From Fidelibacterota bacterium (GTDB taxonomy: Bacteria > Fidelibacterota > Marinisomatia > Marinisomatales > UBA1611): DNA of 56,423 nt. The position numbers and the translations under genes were made by a program. Every line of letters begins with the position of its first letter. Position 1 is the stretch's first letter. The stretch covers positions 6,013 through 62,435 of the forward strand of contig PBFM01000016.1 in NCBI GenBank assembly GCA_002718655.1, in the 5' to 3' direction. Of the stretch, positions 41,201-50,176 are shown piece after piece. The notes under the pieces are model-generated. The model searched no databases. It saw only the letters and a list, made by a program, of their open reading frames with translations, and had not been told where the DNA came from.

Positions 41201-41556
41201 TTAGTTGTCCTAATAAGCTCAACCTCTACAGTATCGAACTCAGCATTAATGGGAGCATGTGGTTTCCTAATTCTAATAATAACTTTTTCTAATTTAAATT
41301 GTGTAAGTAGTTGATTGCATATATTCTGACCAGCAGCCTCAATAAGGTTGTAATCCTTATTGGTAAATACTTTAATAACAACATTCACAACATCATCATA
41401 ATTTATGGTATCATCTATTTTATCGGTTTTTCCTGGTATATTTAAATCTAAAAACATTTCAACATCAAGCTCAAACACCCCTTCTTTATTTTTTTCGAAA
41501 TCATATATCCCATGTTTGGCTGGAATCTTTAAATTGAGAATTCTTAAACAGTCCAT
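41197..41556 (-). CDS. folB: Dihydroneopterin aldolase
   Basis: HG...FEK, D.IDDTINY, NLIE, I.KP.API. Adjacent to folK. Confidence 0.93.
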   Translation of the reverse strand: MDCLRILNLKIPAKHGIYDFEKNKEGVFELDVEMFLDLNIPGKTDKIDDTINYDDVVNVVIKVFTNKDYNLIEAAGQNICNQLLTQFKLEKVIIRIRKPHAPINAEFDTVEVELIRTTK

Positions 41557-41560
41557 TTAT

Positions 41561-43504
41561 TTACTTAATCAACTGAATCTTTTGTGAAAAAATGGTGTTA
41601 TCCGAAAAGAATTGGATGAAATAGATGCCTGAGCCTCTTCCGTTTGCATTCCATTGGATTTCATGCATCCCAGGAGAAACTTTATCCACTAATATTTCTT
41701 CAATCCTTTGGCCTTTAATATCAAATATATTTACTTTAGGACGTATCTCACCAAGTGCCTGGGGTATGAAAAATTTCAGGAATGTGCTTGGATTAAATGG
41801 GTTTGGATAAGCAGGGAAAATAGTGATTTGGGGCTTATTAGGAATAATATCTGATAAATTCATATATTCAACTTCTTTTAAAATCCAATTATCTGGATCT
41901 AACAAAACAGCAGATGGATATCCGGAAATGGCACCTAAGTTATATTGTTCAAATTGAAATTGGTTATCTACTTTGAATGATAGTGTGTCTACTGGTAAAA
42001 ACACTTTTATTTCAATTGGCATGTGAAAATATTGCCAATTCTGAGTTTGCTCTATGTTTATTATTAATTCATTCATATTCGATACTTCCCATGATAAAGA
42101 ATATCTAGGGTAATACTCGCCATATATCCACTGCTCAAAAAAATCATCTAAATCGTAATTAGATACGCTTTCGCAAACTGCCTTAAAGTCTTCTGTGGTT
42201 GCTGAAGAATATGCAAGAGAATCATTTGATGAATATGATTGAAGTGTCTCAAAAAATATACTATCTCCCATAACACCTCTAAGCATATGCATCACCCAAC
42301 CTGCTTTATTGTAAGTTAAGTTACCATTAAATATTTGGCTTGGTAGATTTGGTTCTTCTACAAAAATAGTACCTCCACCATAGTATGTATGGTTTTGCCA
42401 ATAATTTTTATATGCATTAAATCCTCCAGTCGCTTCATCCCATAAAGCTTCTGAGAATCTTGCAAACCCCTCATTTAACCAAATATGATGAAAACTTGCA
42501 CAAGTTATTAAATCACCCCACCATTGGTGACCTAATTCATGAGCAATGAGCCATTGTGAATATCCCCCAAGACTACTTATTGTTTGGTGCTCCATACCCC
42601 CACCTCGAGCAAATTCTACATGGCCATATTTTTCGCCCATAAAAGGGTATTCGCCAAATTTTTCAGCAAACACGGAAATCATGTCCTTTGTCAATAAATA
42701 ATTTTCTAATACAATATCATAATGATCAGGATACACGTAATACTCTAAAGGTAGGGTATCTCCATTCATACCTATATAAATATCCTCCCATTTCGTGTAG
42801 GGATATGTCGTTATGGAAACAAGATATGTACAAATAGGATACTTTTCAAACCAATGATATTGTTTTCTTCCATTTTCGAGTTCTAATTCTTCTACTAGAA
42901 TACCATTAGAGACTGCTATTTGTTCGCTAGGTACGATTATTTTGATATCAAGTGAATCTGCCTTATCTGATGGGTCATCCTTGCATGGCCACCAATCTCT
43001 TGACCCATATGGTTCAGATAATGTCCATATGTGATCTACACCAAGGTGTTCATCGAAGTTGAATGAACCAAAACCAGTTGAAGGAGGATGTCCATTATAA
43101 TATATCTCCATACTGAAATTGTTTTCTTCTACTAGAGAAGCTTGACTTGGAATTTTGATCATATTGTCTTGATGAACAAAACTAATTTGTTCATCATTTG
43201 AGATTACCGAATCAACCATAAGTTGACTATTTAAATCTAATTCTATGGAGTCTGGCTGATCCGAAGATAAAATACCATTAACCTTAACTGAAGCGAAAAT
43301 CTGTTGAAGATCAATATCTATCTCAATTGATATTCCATAATATGTAATATCAATTTTTTCTTGATTTTGAGTTAATGATGATTGAGATGTCAGCCATTTA
43401 GATACTACTTGTTCATTTTTGCATATGAAATTTTCTGTAGAATGTTGGGAAAAAAGAAATCCTGATTGAATGAGAATGATTAATATTCTCTCCAAGGAAG
43501 GCAT
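41561..43504 (-). CDS. Secreted M1-family Zn aminopeptidase with C-terminal sorting domain
   Basis: GGMEH, HELGHQWWG...WLNEG (HEXXH-18-E), YNKAG. C-terminal AYPNPFNP...SGIYF. Confidence 0.92.
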   Translation of the reverse strand: MPSLERILIILIQSGFLFSQHSTENFICKNEQVVSKWLTSQSSLTQNQEKIDITYYGISIEIDIDLQQIFASVKVNGILSSDQPDSIELDLNSQLMVDSVISNDEQISFVHQDNMIKIPSQASLVEENNFSMEIYYNGHPPSTGFGSFNFDEHLGVDHIWTLSEPYGSRDWWPCKDDPSDKADSLDIKIIVPSEQIAVSNGILVEELELENGRKQYHWFEKYPICTYLVSITTYPYTKWEDIYIGMNGDTLPLEYYVYPDHYDIVLENYLLTKDMISVFAEKFGEYPFMGEKYGHVEFARGGGMEHQTISSLGGYSQWLIAHELGHQWWGDLITCASFHHIWLNEGFARFSEALWDEATGGFNAYKNYWQNHTYYGGGTIFVEEPNLPSQIFNGNLTYNKAGWVMHMLRGVMGDSIFFETLQSYSSNDSLAYSSATTEDFKAVCESVSNYDLDDFFEQWIYGEYYPRYSLSWEVSNMNELIINIEQTQNWQYFHMPIEIKVFLPVDTLSFKVDNQFQFEQYNLGAISGYPSAVLLDPDNWILKEVEYMNLSDIIPNKPQITIFPAYPNPFNPSTFLKFFIPQALGEIRPKVNIFDIKGQRIEEILVDKVSPGMHEIQWNANGRGSGIYFIQFFSDNTIFSQKIQLIK

Positions 43505-43938
43505 TAATCTTTTCCAGGTTTTATCTTATCAAACTTAAGATTTTCATATTTCTCCCACATATTTGCACCTGATGCTTCGGCAAATCGATATGCAAATTCT
43601 AGAGCTTCAATGAATGGACGGTTAGCATATTCTCCGTGTGAATAAAACTCATCAACCCATCTTACCATTTCAGAAACTTTGACGAGCTCTAATTGATCAA
43701 ATATACCATAAATCATTTCTGCTCTATTCTCATAATACCACTCGGTTATCTCTCCATATCCAACACTATTTTTTAATTCAGAGTGAGTTTCATAAACCTG
43801 AGTTAAGTAAGAAAATAAAAAAACCTCTTTTTCTTCATGAGCCAATGTCCTCCAGTAGGTTACAACTGGTGATAAAGTACCTTCACCTACCTGGGCGGAT
43901 AGAAATGATAATGTAAATAGAACGATAATCTTTTTCAT
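43504..43938 (-). CDS. Hypothetical secreted protein
   Basis: 144-aa ORF with a signal peptide, stop overlapping the M1 peptidase start. Confidence 0.75.
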   Translation of the reverse strand: MKKIIVLFTLSFLSAQVGEGTLSPVVTYWRTLAHEEKEVFLFSYLTQVYETHSELKNSVGYGEITEWYYENRAEMIYGIFDQLELVKVSEMVRWVDEFYSHGEYANRPFIEALEFAYRFAEASGANMWEKYENLKFDKIKPGKD

Positions 43939-44012
43939 GACAATCTCTTTTTTAAAAACTTTCTTGTTTTTATTAGCCTAATAATACGATTTTAGACTAC
44001 ACTTGGACAATG

Positions 44013-45920
44013 TTAAACATCATTTGGTTCAATCCAGTCACCATACTGATCAATCAATTGAATTAATGCATCTACAGCCAATTTTTCTTCAATATTCTTT
44101 TTTACAACATTCTGTCCCTTATATAATGATATTAACCCAGATCCAGTACCAACATATCCATAATCTGCATCAGCCATTTCGCCTGGTCCATTAACTATAC
44201 ATCCCATTATTCCAATTTTTATGCCCTTAAGATGGTCAGTGCGTTCTCGTATTTTTGATGTTGTCTCTTGAAGATCAAATAAAGTTCTCCCACAAGATGG
44301 ACATGATATATACTCAGTTTTAGTACTTCTTGTCCGACATGCCTGCAAAATGTTGAAAGAAAGTTCATTCGTGAATCCCTTCTCTAGATATGTAGTAAGC
44401 CAAATCCCATCACCAAACCCATCGATTTGAAGGCCACCAATATCTGTAGAAGAATAAATTAAAATCTCATCCTTTTTAATAGCTTCATAAGTTTTTTTTA
44501 TGATAACAGGATTCTTCAATCCATAGTGAACGAGGTTCATAAAAAATTTTCTTTGCAAGTGGAATCCAGCATTTTCTTTTCCCTCTAATACAATGATACA
44601 ATTTTTTAATTCCCTAATAATATCAAAAGGCTCATCAATATCGTTGCATAAAAGAAAAGATATTTTATCATTATTAATTTTACTTACATTATCCAATGAA
44701 TAGATTGGATAGTATCCATCTTTATTCGAATGGTTTGAGTGGTTTTGTATTATTTGTAAAGTACCAGGAATCTCAAAATTAAGCGAATTGGACCCAATAT
44801 AGAGAAAATCAATTGCCTGTTCGGATATATGCCATTTGTCTTGGACTTTAGCATATAAATAACCAAACTCAGCTAAATCCTCCTTTTTAATGCCATGATG
44901 AGCTGAAAGATCGCCTATAACCCTAGGAACATGTTCTGAACCTACATTTGCAATTGTAGAAGTGCTCCTTCGAGCATAGAAAAAAGAATCATGAGTTGAG
45001 GTGGTGATTGCTTTAACCTCTAATTTAGATTGGTGTAAATTTGCTTTTCTTTTAACTAGAATTCTAGCTACTGGGATTTCCTCTTCTGGAGGTTCAGTAA
45101 GAGAAACTCGAATGGTATCTCCTAGTCCGTCTTCAAGAAGTGTTCCTATTCCAACTGAAGATTTAATACGACCATCTTCAGCCTCTCCCGCCTCAGTAAC
45201 ACCAAGATGCAAAGGATAATTCATACCCTCATTCTTCATCTTAGTAACAAGAAGACGATATGCTTGAACCATTACATGAGTATTACTTGCTTTCATTGAT
45301 AAAATAATATCATGATATGACTCCTCCTCAGCGATACGAACAAATTCCATTGCTGACTCAACCATACCCTCTGGTGTATCTCCATATCTACTAAGAATGC
45401 GGTCTGAAAGAGAGCCATGGTTAGTGCCAATCCGCATAGCAGTACCATTCTCCTTACATACTTTTACCAGAGGCAAAAACCTTTCTCTTATTCTAAATAA
45501 CTCTTCTTCATATCCTTTTTCTGTATATTCGTGATATTCAAACTTTTTTTTATCTGCATAGTTCCCTGGATTAATACGAACTTTCTCAACAATATCAGCA
45601 GCAACAATAGCAGCATTTGGCGTGAAGTGTATATCTGCAACAAGTGGTGTATTGTATCCTTTAGATAATAGTCCATTTTTAATGTTTACTAAATTTTTTG
45701 CTTCCTTAATGCTTGGAGCAGTTATACGAACAATCTCACAGCCTCTATCTATCATTCTAATGGACTGTTCAATTGTCGTCTTAGTATTCATAGTATCAGT
45801 AGTGGTCATCGACTGAATTCTTATAGGATTATCACCACCCACACCAACATTGCCTACTTTAACACAACGTGTTTTCCATCTTATTGGATTAATCAAATTT
45901 TCACAATAAAAATCGGTCAT
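44013..45920 (-). CDS. ispG: (E)-4-hydroxy-3-methylbut-2-enyl-diphosphate synthase (long, three-domain form)
   Basis: IRIQSMT, PLVADIHF, RINPGN, RIGTNHGSL, YPLHLGVTEAG, CPSCGR, MGCIVNGPGE. Confidence 0.97.
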   Translation of the reverse strand: MTDFYCENLINPIRWKTRCVKVGNVGVGGDNPIRIQSMTTTDTMNTKTTIEQSIRMIDRGCEIVRITAPSIKEAKNLVNIKNGLLSKGYNTPLVADIHFTPNAAIVAADIVEKVRINPGNYADKKKFEYHEYTEKGYEEELFRIRERFLPLVKVCKENGTAMRIGTNHGSLSDRILSRYGDTPEGMVESAMEFVRIAEEESYHDIILSMKASNTHVMVQAYRLLVTKMKNEGMNYPLHLGVTEAGEAEDGRIKSSVGIGTLLEDGLGDTIRVSLTEPPEEEIPVARILVKRKANLHQSKLEVKAITTSTHDSFFYARRSTSTIANVGSEHVPRVIGDLSAHHGIKKEDLAEFGYLYAKVQDKWHISEQAIDFLYIGSNSLNFEIPGTLQIIQNHSNHSNKDGYYPIYSLDNVSKINNDKISFLLCNDIDEPFDIIRELKNCIIVLEGKENAGFHLQRKFFMNLVHYGLKNPVIIKKTYEAIKKDEILIYSSTDIGGLQIDGFGDGIWLTTYLEKGFTNELSFNILQACRTRSTKTEYISCPSCGRTLFDLQETTSKIRERTDHLKGIKIGIMGCIVNGPGEMADADYGYVGTGSGLISLYKGQNVVKKNIEEKLAVDALIQLIDQYGDWIEPNDV

Positions 45921-45924
45921 ATGC

Positions 45925-47034
45925 CTAAAATGGTATCTTTAGATGAAGTTTTGCTTTTTCTATTGAATAGGAAAAATTATCTAGACCAATACAATCCCTG
46001 TAACTCTCTTTTGCCTTAGCTCTTTCATTTATTTTATCGTATATCATACCCTGTAAAAGATAAGCATTAGATAATATTATATCTAACTCGGCTGAATAAT
46101 TTTTAATTGCAGCATTTACTAATTCTAATGCTTTTATATATTCTTTTTGAAAAAATGCCAGTAATGCAATTTCATAAGTAAGGTATGGTTGATACCATTC
46201 ACGCTGTCTACTTGTTAATTGGCTTAATCCTTTTTCCATATCTTTGATTATATCTTTTGATTCGCTGAGTTTATTTGTTCGTATCATAGATTCTAAATAT
46301 AAAAGGTTAAAGTAAAAGTTATTTGGAAAATCCCTTGCAAGTCCTTGAGAATATTCAAGAGAAAGAATAGGTTCATTTTCAACCCATAAATAGAGATTAC
46401 TTAAAATAGCTCTTGATTCTATCCATGACCAGATACCATCATCTGCTGCTATGGACATCCTGCGTAATCCAGATTCTGTTGATGCTTCTAAATCATACAA
46501 CTTAACCGCCCATCCAATGATGGGATTACTTATTCCCGCAAGATATTCGACAATACCGATAGGGAGTTGTGAGTCTATAATCCCTGGAGATTCATTTGCG
46601 ACCTTTTTTATAATCTTAAATCCTTTATACGATCTATAAAGGGTCTTAATCCATTGTTTTTTCCCTAACGATACTCTTGCAGAAAGACCTAGGACAGATC
46701 CATAGTATAATTTATAGTTTGGATCGTAATCATATTTTTCTAACAATTTTTCATAGATTGGTGTTATTGAATCAAGATCATTTTGTAAAACATCATATGT
46801 ATCATCAATAGAAAGAAATGCTTGTGATCTTACCCAACGAGAGGCAGCCCAGATAAGGTGTACTCCAGGGTGTTCTGGAAATTGTTGCCTAGCATCGCTT
46901 AATATATCGATTGCAAGGTCAAACTGATAATCATAGAAAGCATTTACACCTTTCTTGATAAGAGCATCACCAGCGTAATAGTCTCTCGCACTTATAAAAG
47001 ATAGAATCAAAACCGCAATAAGTGAGCGGATCAT
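45925..47034 (-). CDS. Secreted TPR-like helical protein
   Basis: Signal peptide and TPR-like helices (AYLLQGMIYDKINERAKAKESY). Confidence 0.75.
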   Translation of the reverse strand: MIRSLIAVLILSFISARDYYAGDALIKKGVNAFYDYQFDLAIDILSDARQQFPEHPGVHLIWAASRWVRSQAFLSIDDTYDVLQNDLDSITPIYEKLLEKYDYDPNYKLYYGSVLGLSARVSLGKKQWIKTLYRSYKGFKIIKKVANESPGIIDSQLPIGIVEYLAGISNPIIGWAVKLYDLEASTESGLRRMSIAADDGIWSWIESRAILSNLYLWVENEPILSLEYSQGLARDFPNNFYFNLLYLESMIRTNKLSESKDIIKDMEKGLSQLTSRQREWYQPYLTYEIALLAFFQKEYIKALELVNAAIKNYSAELDIILSNAYLLQGMIYDKINERAKAKESYRDCIGLDNFSYSIEKAKLHLKIPF

Positions 47035-47085
47035 TTTATGATATCTGTAGGGATTTGATGTGATTATGAGATAATAAAAAAGCTA

Positions 47086-48666
47086 TCATCCCTGCGATGA
47101 TAAGATTAGCCAACCTTTAGATTCATTATTATCAGGTTTTATTTCTAAACTTTTTTCCCACGATGCTCTAGCGAGTTGTTTCTCACCCATTTCCCAATAG
47201 GTTATGCCCATCCCCATATATGCACCTGCATCATTTGGCATGAGTTCTAGTACTTCCTGATACGCAATCAAGGATTCATTGTACATATTTTTTCCTCGAT
47301 AGAATTTACCTAGCACACCCATTGCCCCTGGAAGCCAAGAAGTTGTATTATTATTTACAGAGAGGGCATTTTTAAATGCCTGACGACCCATTGTCGGGTT
47401 CCCAATTCTATTATACTCTACGGCAAGTATATAGTATGTTTGGGGAAGCAGAGTTTTAACTATTGGATCATTTGGTCTATAATGAAGTAAATCTTCCCAT
47501 GCTGCCGCAGTTCTTCCCCATTCATGTGCATTAAAGTAGCTTAAACCTTGCATATAACGATAGTCCGCGTTGTCAGGATCGACATACACCGCATCACTAT
47601 AGGATAAGGCAGCATAAACATACCTACCCTGTTCAAAATATAAATCAGCCAGCGATACGTGTGGTTGTAAATCTTTAGGGTTTATTTTAATTGCTCGCTG
47701 GAATGAACGTTTAGCATCTTCAGTGCGACCTAATTTCAGATGATTTTCTCCAATGAGCTGAATGAAACCCGTATGGGTTGGATATTTTTCTGCAGCTTCT
47801 TCAGCTTTATTGAGTGCCTCAGTGTAATCTCCAGCTGCCATTGTTTCTCGAATGATATTTATTTGTTGCGCAGGTCCATCAGGAGCTTTTGCAGATGAGT
47901 ATCTCAAAACATCCCGACTAAGTTGCTTTTGTTCTTCCGTGGTGACAAACATTGACATCGCATCAATTGTGGCTGCGTGATTTGGATCAAGATAAAGTGC
48001 TTCTTCAAATGCAAATTTAGCCTTTTGATATTCTCCCATGTCAGCATATAAGGAACCGAGGAAAAAGTGTGCATCAGGATTATAAGGATTCTTACTTACT
48101 TCTCTCAGGTAAATTTCTTTCGCTGATTCAAGTTCACCGTTGGCTTGGTAATGCATCCCTAACTGCCTCTGTACGTAAATATTATCTGGATTCATTCTAG
48201 ATTCTTTTTCAAAGTCCTGGGTAGTAAAAAAGGGTTTTGAATCAAGTGACACAGGTTGTTTGCTGGTATTGTCATCATAAAAATATCGGGTTGCACGAGC
48301 TAATTCTTTGTTTGAAGCCTGTAGCTCACCAGTAAGATTATATAATTCATCTGCATATGCAGCGGTGTTCAAACGTTTTCTATTACTTTCAGAACTATTT
48401 GTGACATTGGCTTCTTCATTGATGTTTTCATTCTGACTACTTGAAGATTCTTCTTTAGCTTTTTTCTTTCTTTTTTTCTTTTTCTTCTTCTTCTTCTTCT
48501 TTCCCGAAGATTTTTTCTTACTGGATGATTTCTTACTACTAGAGGATTTTTTCTTCTTTTTTTTCTTCTTTTTAGTCTGTTCAGAAGAAGACCCAGCTTG
48601 CAAGTCACCTAGTTCCATAACTGGAAAGCTAACCAATAGCATTAATAATATAAGTAATTGTTTCAT
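47086..48666 (-). CDS. Secreted tetratricopeptide-repeat protein with N-terminal poly-Lys/Ser tract
   Basis: Signal peptide, K/S low-complexity region at aa 32-71, many canonical TPRs (AHFFLGSLY...A...FEEAL.LDP). Confidence 0.9.
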   Translation of the reverse strand: MKQLLILLMLLVSFPVMELGDLQAGSSSEQTKKKKKKKKKSSSSKKSSSKKKSSGKKKKKKKKKKRKKKAKEESSSSQNENINEEANVTNSSESNRKRLNTAAYADELYNLTGELQASNKELARATRYFYDDNTSKQPVSLDSKPFFTTQDFEKESRMNPDNIYVQRQLGMHYQANGELESAKEIYLREVSKNPYNPDAHFFLGSLYADMGEYQKAKFAFEEALYLDPNHAATIDAMSMFVTTEEQKQLSRDVLRYSSAKAPDGPAQQINIIRETMAAGDYTEALNKAEEAAEKYPTHTGFIQLIGENHLKLGRTEDAKRSFQRAIKINPKDLQPHVSLADLYFEQGRYVYAALSYSDAVYVDPDNADYRYMQGLSYFNAHEWGRTAAAWEDLLHYRPNDPIVKTLLPQTYYILAVEYNRIGNPTMGRQAFKNALSVNNNTTSWLPGAMGVLGKFYRGKNMYNESLIAYQEVLELMPNDAGAYMGMGITYWEMGEKQLARASWEKSLEIKPDNNESKGWLILSSQG

Positions 48667-48772
48667 GAATTTCTTATGGTCATATTATTGAATTAAAGAG
48701 CAAAATTACACATTTTGACCATTTTTGAAAGCATTTTTATTTTATTATCATTTTTTATACTTAACAATAAAA

Positions 48773-49114
48773 TCACATTTTATCCATACCACCAATCTTG
48801 CAACAAGCTGGTAGTGTCTCATAAGCCTTGGGGTCAGCGGCCAATTCATTCGCCTGATAACCAAGATTTGAAATAGTTTTTTCAATAATACTCAAATCAG
48901 ATTTTTCGACTTCATAAGTGACCAGAGTTGTTTTTGTGCCAAGATCAACTGTTGATTTAGTAATGCCTTTGATCTTACCTAGACCAACCTCTATGTTCTT
49001 CTGACACATACCACACTGTATCGTCGGTGTATTTATTGTCACCACACTTGTCTCTCCTACACAGCTAAAAAAGAGAATTGCAAACAATGATGAAAATATT
49101 AATCTTCCAATCAT
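48773..49114 (-). CDS. Heavy-metal-associated (HMA) domain lipoprotein (MerP/CopZ-like)
   Basis: Lipobox FFSC, CGMC metal motif, LGY, C-terminal LPACC. Confidence 0.9.
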   Translation of the reverse strand: MIGRLIFSSLFAILFFSCVGETSVVTINTPTIQCGMCQKNIEVGLGKIKGITKSTVDLGTKTTLVTYEVEKSDLSIIEKTISNLGYQANELAADPKAYETLPACCKIGGMDKM

Positions 49115-49138
49115 AAGATACCCCTTAATTATATTTTT

Positions 49139-49672
49139 TCATTTAATAATTCTGGCAAGTTCTTTAAATCTATCATCACCTGCACTTTGCTGCAAACTGA
49201 ATAATAACATCTCTGCAGTAGTTAAAAATCCACCATTGTTCCTGATCCTGTCCAATGCTATCGAATGGTTATTCTTATTACGGGATGTTACAGCATCTGT
49301 AACGACCTCGACATGTTGACCTCTATGAATTAAATCACGCTCGGTCTGATAGACACAAACGTGAGTCTCGATACCAGCTAATACCACTCCATCGTTTGAG
49401 GTTAGAGAGTTTGTCCGAATCATGAATCCAGTATCTGAAGCACAAGAAAATGACGATTTTTTTATTGCTTCAACATCACCGAGTAGCTCGAGAACTGGGT
49501 TTATAGTAGAACCAAGTTTTTCTGGAACTTGTTCAGTCAAAATAATTGGTAAATTAAAAAGTTTAAATCCCTTTATGAGTAAAGAGATATTCTTTAGAAA
49601 GTCGTCCTTTTCGTGCATCGCTGGAAATAATTTTTCTTGTACGTCAATAATTACCAAGTAAGGATTTCTCAT
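49139..49672 (-). CDS. Isochorismatase-family (cysteine) hydrolase
   Basis: IIDVQEKL, TEQ.P..LG.T, K.SFSC, GIETHVCVYQT, DAVTSR. Confidence 0.92.
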   Translation of the reverse strand: MRNPYLVIIDVQEKLFPAMHEKDDFLKNISLLIKGFKLFNLPIILTEQVPEKLGSTINPVLELLGDVEAIKKSSFSCASDTGFMIRTNSLTSNDGVVLAGIETHVCVYQTERDLIHRGQHVEVVTDAVTSRNKNNHSIALDRIRNNGGFLTTAEMLLFSLQQSAGDDRFKELARIIK

Positions 49673-49675
49673 TGC

Positions 49676-50176
49676 CTAATTTAGTTTAAACTTTTTTATT
49701 AGTTCCCACTTTTCTACCTCGCTTGGTGTATATACCAAAGCAATAGAGGAAAACACCAATCTTCGTCTTTTAAAAAGTTCAGCGTCAAGATAATCATTAT
49801 TTTTCATTTTACCATATGCAAGACTTAAATGTGGTTGAAATTCATAATTTCTTAGCTCTTTGAATCTATTATTTATTATGGATTGAAATAAATTGAGTTG
49901 ATTATTTGTTTTAAATTTAATGAAAAGTGATTTCCAAGGTGGCTCAGCAGTTTCAATTCCAATTGAAATAAGATTGAATTTAGAATATTTCTTTACTAGA
50001 TCTTCAAAAAATCCAAAATATATTTTGGGGTCAGTCTTTAATCGACCTAGCAAGGTCAAATGAGGGGTGAAAATCTTCGATTCGTATCTCTCACTTAATA
50101 GAGTAATTATCATTTCATATTTTTTGAGGTCAACTCTTGCAGGCATTAACCATATTGACCAGGGCAAATCATTCAT
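49676..50176 (-). CDS. 2H phosphoesterase (cyclic phosphodiesterase/CPDase-like)
   Basis: Two HxT/S motifs (PHLTL, PHLSLAY) and N-terminal SIWLMP. Confidence 0.85.
   Translation of the reverse strand: MNDLPWSIWLMPARVDLKKYEMIITLLSERYESKIFTPHLTLLGRLKTDPKIYFGFFEDLVKKYSKFNLISIGIETAEPPWKSLFIKFKTNNQLNLFQSIINNRFKELRNYEFQPHLSLAYGKMKNNDYLDAELFKRRRLVFSSIALVYTPSEVEKWELIKKFKLN

Noticed and set aside
40053-41556. folB-folK-deoxynucleoside kinase linkage as a novel pathway
   Set aside because: This is a common conserved gene neighbourhood in many bacteria.
48369-48608. 79-aa Arg-rich, protamine-like ORF
   Set aside because: Alternative frame of the poly-Lys tract inside the TPR gene.
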